Shown here: positions 57,966 to 64,000 of the stretch, in pieces | Layout of the letters: every line of letters starts with the position of its first letter | Numbering within the stretch: position 1 is the first letter of the stretch | Source: Eledone cirrhosa | Lineage: Eukaryota | Length of the DNA stretch: 64,000 nucleotides | Direction: 5' to 3' | Assembly: GCA_964016885.1 (NCBI GenBank) | Contig: OZ024743.1 | Span: 210,552,001 to 210,616,000 of the forward strand | The notes under the pieces: generated by a model | Told to the model about the DNA's origin: nothing | Databases searched by the model: none | Seen by the model: only the letters and a program-made list of their open reading frames with translations | Position numbers and translations under genes: made by a program

Positions 57966-59857
57966 TGATGGTAAACTGTGGTATATCTTATGGAGTGAAG
58001 AGCTTTCATGTGTGGCTATAGGATGGTAAACTCTGGTATATCTTATGGAGTGAAGAGCTTTCATCTGGCTATAGGGTGGTAAACTGTGGTATATCTTATG
58101 GAGTGAAGAGCTTTCATCTGTGGCTATAGGATGGTAAACTGGTATATCTTATGGAGTGAAGAGCTTTCATCTGTGGCTATAGGATATTAAACTGTGGTAT
58201 ATCTTGTGGAGTGATGTGCATTCATCTGTGGCTATATGATGGTAAACTGTGGTATATCTTATGGAGTGAAGAGCTTTCATGTGTGGCTATAGGATGGTAA
58301 AGTCTGGTATATCTTATGGAGTGAAGAGCTTTCATCTGGCTATAGGGTGGTAAACTGTGGTATATCTTATGGAGTGAAGAGCTTTCATCTGTGGGTATAG
58401 GATGGTAAACTGGTATATCCTATGGAGTGAAGAGTTTCATGTGTGGCTATAGGATGGTAAACTGTGGTATATCTTATGGAGTGAAGAGCTTTCATGTGTG
58501 GCAATAGGATGGTAAACTGTGGTATATCTTATGGAGTGAAGAGCTTTCATCTGTGGCTATAGGATGGTAAACTGTGGTATATCTTATGGAGTGAAGAGCT
58601 TTCATGTGTGGCTATAGGATGGTAAACCGTGGTATATCTTATGGTGTGAAGAGCTTTCATCTCGCTATCGGATGGTAAACTGTGGTATATATTATGGAGT
58701 GAAGAGCTTTCATCTGTGGCTATAGGATGGTAAACTGTGGTATATCTTATGGACTGAAGAGCTTTCATGCATGGCTATAGGATGGTAAACTGTGGTATAT
58801 CTTATGGAGTGAAGAGCTTTCATGTGTGGCTATAAGATGGTAAACTGTGGTATATCTTATGGACTGAAGAGCTTTCATGTGTGGCTATAGGATGGTAAAC
58901 TGTGGTATATCTTATGGAGTGAAGAGCTTTCATCTGTGGCCATAGGATGGTAAACTGTGGTATATCTGATGGAGTGAAGAGCTTTCATCTGTGGCTATAG
59001 GATGGTAAACTGTGGTATATCTTATGGAGTGAAGTGTTTAATCTGGCTATAGGATGGTAGAATGTGTTATATCTTATGGAGTGAAGAGCTTTCATCTGGA
59101 TATAGGATGGTAAACTGTGGTATATCTTATGGAGTGAAGAGCTTTCATCTGTGGCTATATGATGGTAAACTGGTATATCTTATGGAGTGAAGAGCTTTCA
59201 TCTGTGGCTATAGGATGGTAAACTGTGGTATATCTTATGGACTGAAGAGCTTTCATGCATGGCTATAGGATGGTAAACTGTGGTATATCTTATGGAGTGA
59301 AGAGCTTTCATGTGTGGCTATAGGATGGTAAACTGTGGTATATCCTATGGAGTGAAGAGCATTCATGTGTGGCTATAGGATGGTAAACTGTGGTATATCT
59401 TATGGAGTGAAGAGCTTTCATCTGTGGCCATAGGATGGTAAACTGTGGTATATCTTATGGAGTGAAGAGCTTTCATGTGTGGCCATAGGATGGTAAACTG
59501 TGGTATATCTTATGGAGTGAAGAGCTTTCATCTGTGGCTATAGGATGGTAAACTGTGGTATATCTTATGGAGTGAAGGGCTTTCATGTGTGGCGAGTGGA
59601 TGGTAAACCGTGGTATATCTTATGGAGTGAAGAGCTTTCATGTGTGGCTATAGGATGGTAAAATGTGGTATATCTTATGGAGCGAAGCGCTTTCATCTGT
59701 GGCTATAGGATGGTAAACTGTGGTATATCTTATGGGGTGAAGAGCTTTCATCTGTGGCTATAGGATGGTAAACTGGTATATCTTATGGAGTGAAGAGCTT
59801 TCATCTGGCTATAGGGTGGTAAACTGTGGTATATCTTATGGAGTGAAGAACTTTCAT
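57966..59857 (-). repeat. Inverted block of the same satellite (~1.9 kb, ~35 monomers)
   Basis: Sequence reads GATGGTAAACTGTGGTATATCTTATGGAGTGAAGAGCTTTCAT, the reverse complement of the monomer, from ...TATAGCCATGATGG to ...GAAGAACTTTCAT. The ORF track shows the repeat peptide on the minus strand at 58547..58768. Confidence 0.98.
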
Positions 59858-62648
59858 AAGATATACCACAGTTTACCATCCTATAGCCACACATAAAAGC
59901 TCTTCACTCCATAAGATATACCACAGTTTACCAACCTATAGCCACAGATGAAAGCTCTTCACTCCATAAGTTATACCACAGTTTACCATCCTATAGCCAG
60001 ATGAAAGCTCTTCACTCCATAAGATATACCAGTTTACCATCATATAGCAACAGATGAAAGCTCTTCACTCCATAAGATATACCACAGTTTATCATCCTAT
60101 AGCCAGATGAAAGCTCTTCACTCCATAAGTTATAACACATTCTACCATCCTATAGCCAGATGAAACACTTCACTCCATAATATATACCACAGTTTACCAT
60201 CCTATAGCCACAGATGAAAGCTCTTCACTTCATAAGATATACCACAGTTTACCACCTATGGCCACAGATGAAAGCTCTTCACTCCATAAGATATACCACA
60301 GTTTACCATCCTATAGCCACACATGAAAGCTCTTCACTCCATAAGATATACCACAGTTTACCATCCTATAGCCATACATGAAAGCTCTTGAGTCCATAGG
60401 ATATACCACAGTTTACCATCTTATAGCCACATATGAAAGCTCTTCACTCCATAAGATATACCACAGTTTACCATCCTATAGCCATGCATGAAAGCTCTTC
60501 AGTCCATAAGATATACCACATTTTACCATCCTATAGCCACAGATGAAAGCTCTTCACTCCATAATATATACCACAGTTTACCATCCGATAGCGAGATGAA
60601 AGCTCTTCACTCCATAAGATATACCACGGTTTACCATCCTATAGCCACACATGAAAGCTCTTCACTCCATAAGATATACCACAGTTTACCATCCTATAGC
60701 CACAGATGAAAGCTCTTCACTCCATAAGATATACCACAGTTTACCATCCTATAGCCACACATGAAACTCTTCACTCCATAGTATATACCACAGTTTACCA
60801 TCCTATAGCCACACATGAATGCTCTTCACTCCATAGGATATACCACAGTTTACCATCCTATAGCCATACATGAAAGCTCTTCAGTCCATAAGATATACCA
60901 CAGTTTACCATCCTATAGCCACAGATGAAAGCTCTTCACTCTATAAGATATACTACAGTTTACCATCCTATAGCCAGATGAAAGCTCTTCACACCATAAG
61001 ATATAGCACAGTTTACCAGCCTATAGCCACAGATGAAAGCTCTTCACTCAATAATATATACCACAGTTTACCATCCTATAGCAAGATGAAAGCTCTTCAC
61101 TCCATAAGATATACCACAATTTACCATCCTATAGCCACACATGAAAGCTCTTCACTCCATAAGATATACCACAGTTTACCATCCTATAGCCAGATGAAAG
61201 CTCTTCACTCCATAAATATATCACAGTTTACCATCCTATAGCCACAGATGAAAGCTCTTCACTCCATAAGATATACCACAGTTTACCATCCTATAGCCAC
61301 ACATGAAAACTCTTCACTCCATAAGATATACCACAGTTTACCATCCTATAGCCACACATGAAAGCTCTTCACTCCATAGGATATACCACAGTTTACCACC
61401 CTATAGCCAGATGAAAGATCTTCACTCCATAAGATATACCAGTTTACCATCCTATAGCCACAGATGAAAGCTTTTCACTCCATAAGATATACCACAGTTT
61501 ACCATCCTATAGACACAGATGAAAGCTCTTCACTCCATAAGATATACCAGTTTACCATCCTATACCCACAGATGAAAGCTCTTCACTCCATAAGATATAC
61601 CACAGTTTACCACCCTATAGCCAGATGAAAGCTCTTCACTCCATAAGATATACCAGACTTTACCATCCTATAGCCACACATGAAAGCTCTTCACTCCATA
61701 AGATATACCACAGTTTACCATCATATAGCCACAGATGAATGCACATCACTCCACAAGATATACCACAGTTTAATATCCTATAGCCACAGATGAAAGCTCT
61801 TTACACCATGAGATATACCACAGTTTACCATACTATAGCCAGATGAAAGCTCTTCACTCCATAAGATATACCACAGTTTACCATCCTTTCGCAAGATGAA
61901 AGCTCTTCACTCCATAGGATATACCACAGTTTACCATCCTATAGCCACACATGAAAGCTCATCACTCCATAAGATATACCACAGTTTAGCATCCTATAGC
62001 CAGATGAAAACTCTTAACTCCATAAGATATAGCAGTTTACCATCCTATAGCCACACATGAAAGTTCTTCACTCCATAAGATATACCACAGTTTACCACCC
62101 TATAGCCAGATGAAAGCTCTTCACTCCATAAGATATACCAGTTTACCATCCTATAGCCACAGATGAAAGCTCTTCACCCCATAAGATATACCACAGTTTA
62201 CCATCCTATAGCCACAGATGAAAGCGCTTCGCTCCATAAGATATACCACAGTTTACCATCCTATAGCCACACATGAAAGCTCTTCACTCCATAAGATATA
62301 CCACAGTTTAACATCCTAGAGCCACACATGAAAGCTCTTCACTCCATAAGATATACCACAGTTTACCATCCTGTAGCCAGATGAAAGCTCTTCACTCTAT
62401 AAGATATACCACAGTTTACCATCCTATAGCCAGATGAAAGCTCTTCACTCCATAAGATATACCACAGATTACCATCCTGTAGCCAGATGAAAGCTCTTCA
62501 CTCCATAAGATATACAACTGTTTACCAACCTATAGCCACAGATGAAAGCTCTTCACTCCATAAGATATACCACAGTTTACCATCCTATAGTCACACATGA
62601 AAGCTCTTCACTCCATAAGATATACCACAGTTTACCATCCTATAGCCA
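59855..62648 (+). repeat. Forward-orientation satellite block between two inverted blocks (~2.8 kb)
   Basis: Forward monomers resume at CATAAGATATACC (59855) and run to TATAGCCA (62648). Confidence 0.98.
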
Positions 62649-64000
62649 TGATGGTAAACTGTGGTATATCTTATGGAGTGAAGAGCTTTCATGTGTGGCT
62701 ATAGGATGGTAAACTCTGGTATATCTTATGGAGTGAAGAGCTTTCATCTGGCTATAGGATGGTAAACTGTGGTATATCTTATGGAGTGAAGAGCTTTCAT
62801 CTGTGGCTATAGGATGGTAAACTGGTATATCTTATGGAGTGAAGAGCTTTCATCTGTGGCTATAGGATATTAAACTGTGGTATATCTTGTGGAGTGATGT
62901 GCATTCATCTGTGGCTATATGATGGTAAACTGTGGTATATCTTATGGAGTGAAGAGCTTTCATGTGTGGCTATAGGATGGTAAAGTCTGGTATATCTTAT
63001 GGAGTGAAGAGCTTTCATCTGGCTATAGGGTGGTAAACTGTGGTATATCTTATGGAGTGAAGAGCTTTCATCTGTGGGTATAGGATGGTAAACTGGTATA
63101 TCCTATGGAGTGAAGAGTTTCATGTGTGGCTATAGGATGGTAAACTGTGGTATATCTTATGGAGTGAAGAGCTTTCATGTGTGGCCATAGGATGGTAAAC
63201 TGTGGTATATCTTATGGAGTGAAGAGCTTTCATGTGTGGCTATAGGATGGTAAACCGTGGTATATCTTATGGAGTGAAGAGCTTTCATCTCGCTATCGGA
63301 TGGTAAACAGTGGTATATATTATGGAGTGAAGAACTTTCATCTGTGGCTATAGGATGGTAAACTGTGGTATATCTTATGGACTGAAGAGCTTTCATGCAT
63401 GGCTATAGGATGGTAAACTGTGGTATATCTTATGGAGTGAAGAGCTTTCATGTGTGGCTATAAGATGGTAAACTGTGGTATATCTTATGGACTGAAGAGC
63501 TTTCATGTGTGGCTATAGGATGGTAAACTGTGGTATATCTGATGGAGTGAAGAGCTTTCATCTGTGGCTATAGAATGGTAAACTGTGGTATATCTTATGG
63601 AGTGAAGTGTTTCATCTGGCTATAGGATGGTAGAATGTGTTATATCTTATGGAGTGAAGAGCTTTCATCTGGATATAGGATGGTAAACTGTGGTATATCT
63701 TATGGAGTGAAGAGCTTTCATCTGTGGCTATATGATGGTAAACTGGTATATCTTATGGAGTGAAGAGCTTTCATCTGTGGCTATAGGATGGTAAACTGTG
63801 GTATATCCTATGGAGTGAAGAGCATTCATGTGTGGCTATAGGATGGTAAACTGTGGTATATCCTATGGAGTGAAGAGCATTCATGTGTGGCTATAGGATG
63901 GTAAACTGTGGTATATCCTATGGAGTGAAGAGCATTCATGTGTGGCTATAGGATGGTAAACTGTGGTATATCTTATGGAGTGAAGAGCTTTCATCTGTGG
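62649..64000 (-). repeat. Second inverted satellite block (runs off right edge)
   Basis: Same junction, TATAGCCATGATGGTAAAC, followed by reverse-complement monomers to the window end. Minus-strand repeat ORF at 63175..63396. Confidence 0.98.

Larger units (their letters stand above)
56700..64000. repeat. Duplicated segment spanning an inversion junction (offset 4,683 bp): ~56.7-59.4 kb re-occurs at ~61.4-64.0 kb
   Basis: AAAGATCTTC is at 56731/61414 and the junction T at 57966/62649, both offset 4,683. Variant order is the same on both sides of the junction. The offset drops to 4,628 (one 55-bp monomer less) at ORFs 58547/63175. Confidence 0.9.

Noticed and set aside
57966-59857. Transposon/MITE or site-specific invertible element (shufflon-like)
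   Set aside because: The block consists only of satellite, with no distinct terminal inverted repeats, target-site duplication or recombinase gene. The breakpoints fall at different monomer phases with only 1-3 bp of microhomology.
57900-62700. Sequencing fold-back or amplification chimera as the explanation for the inversions
   Set aside because: Disfavoured but not fully excluded without reads. The inverted arms are not mirror copies of the adjacent flank, they carry private variants, and the same junction occurs twice in diverged copies.
1086-63396. Dozens of short ORFs encoding MKALHSIRYTTVYHPIATHESSSLHKIYHSLPSYSQ-like repeats
   Set aside because: They are translations of the satellite. 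Each monomer contains an ATG, and a 55+53 pair gives 108 bp in frame. The ORFs stop wherever the monomer-length order changes, indels are not multiples of three, and the ORFs flip strand with the inversions. There is no evidence of coding constraint.
1-64000. CRISPR array or other repeat-spacer system
   Set aside because: There are no unique spacers. The entire unit is repeated, variation is limited to SNPs and small indels, and no cas or other genes are present.
1-64000. Telomerase-type telomeric repeat (G/C strand skew)
   Set aside because: The strand skew is real (16 C vs 6 G per consensus monomer), but a 55-bp unit with multi-kb duplications of variant patterns and internal inversions indicates recombinational satellite evolution rather than templated addition. 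A subtelomeric location cannot be judged from the sequence.
1-64000. Tandem tRNA/5S/snRNA or spliced-leader gene array; promoter motifs (TATA-like GATATA/CTATAG)
   Set aside because: The unit is too short, with no recognisable cloverleaf, A/B boxes, Sm site or poly-T terminator. The short AT motifs are expected by chance.

Overview
The whole 64 kb window is one tandem satellite array with no unique sequence. The consensus monomer is 55 bp: ATGAAAGCTCTTCACTCCATAAGATATACCACAGTTTACCATCCTATAGCCACA(G/C). It is about 40% GC, has no CpG within the unit, and is C-rich and G-poor on the + strand. A frequent 53-bp form (CCACAG->CCAG at either of two sites) and rarer 54- and 49-bp forms also occur, giving roughly 1,150-1,200 monomers (64,000/~54). 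I found no genes, RNA genes, mobile elements or CRISPR arrays. All ORFs in the track are artefacts of 55+53=108 bp (36-codon) monomer pairs. Diagnostic monomer variants reveal nested higher-order duplications with periods of 270, 430, 970, 2,173, 3,737, 7,411 and ~9,250-9,500 bp. The most notable structure is at the right end, where the array switches strand three times (~57,966, ~59,856, ~62,649). Two of these junctions are the same sequence 4,683 bp apart, so an inversion breakpoint has itself been duplicated. The organisation looks like eukaryotic heterochromatic satellite, but I do not recognise the family or organism. I cannot support a claim of a new protein- or RNA-based system. Boundaries of the higher-order units were read by eye and are approximate.
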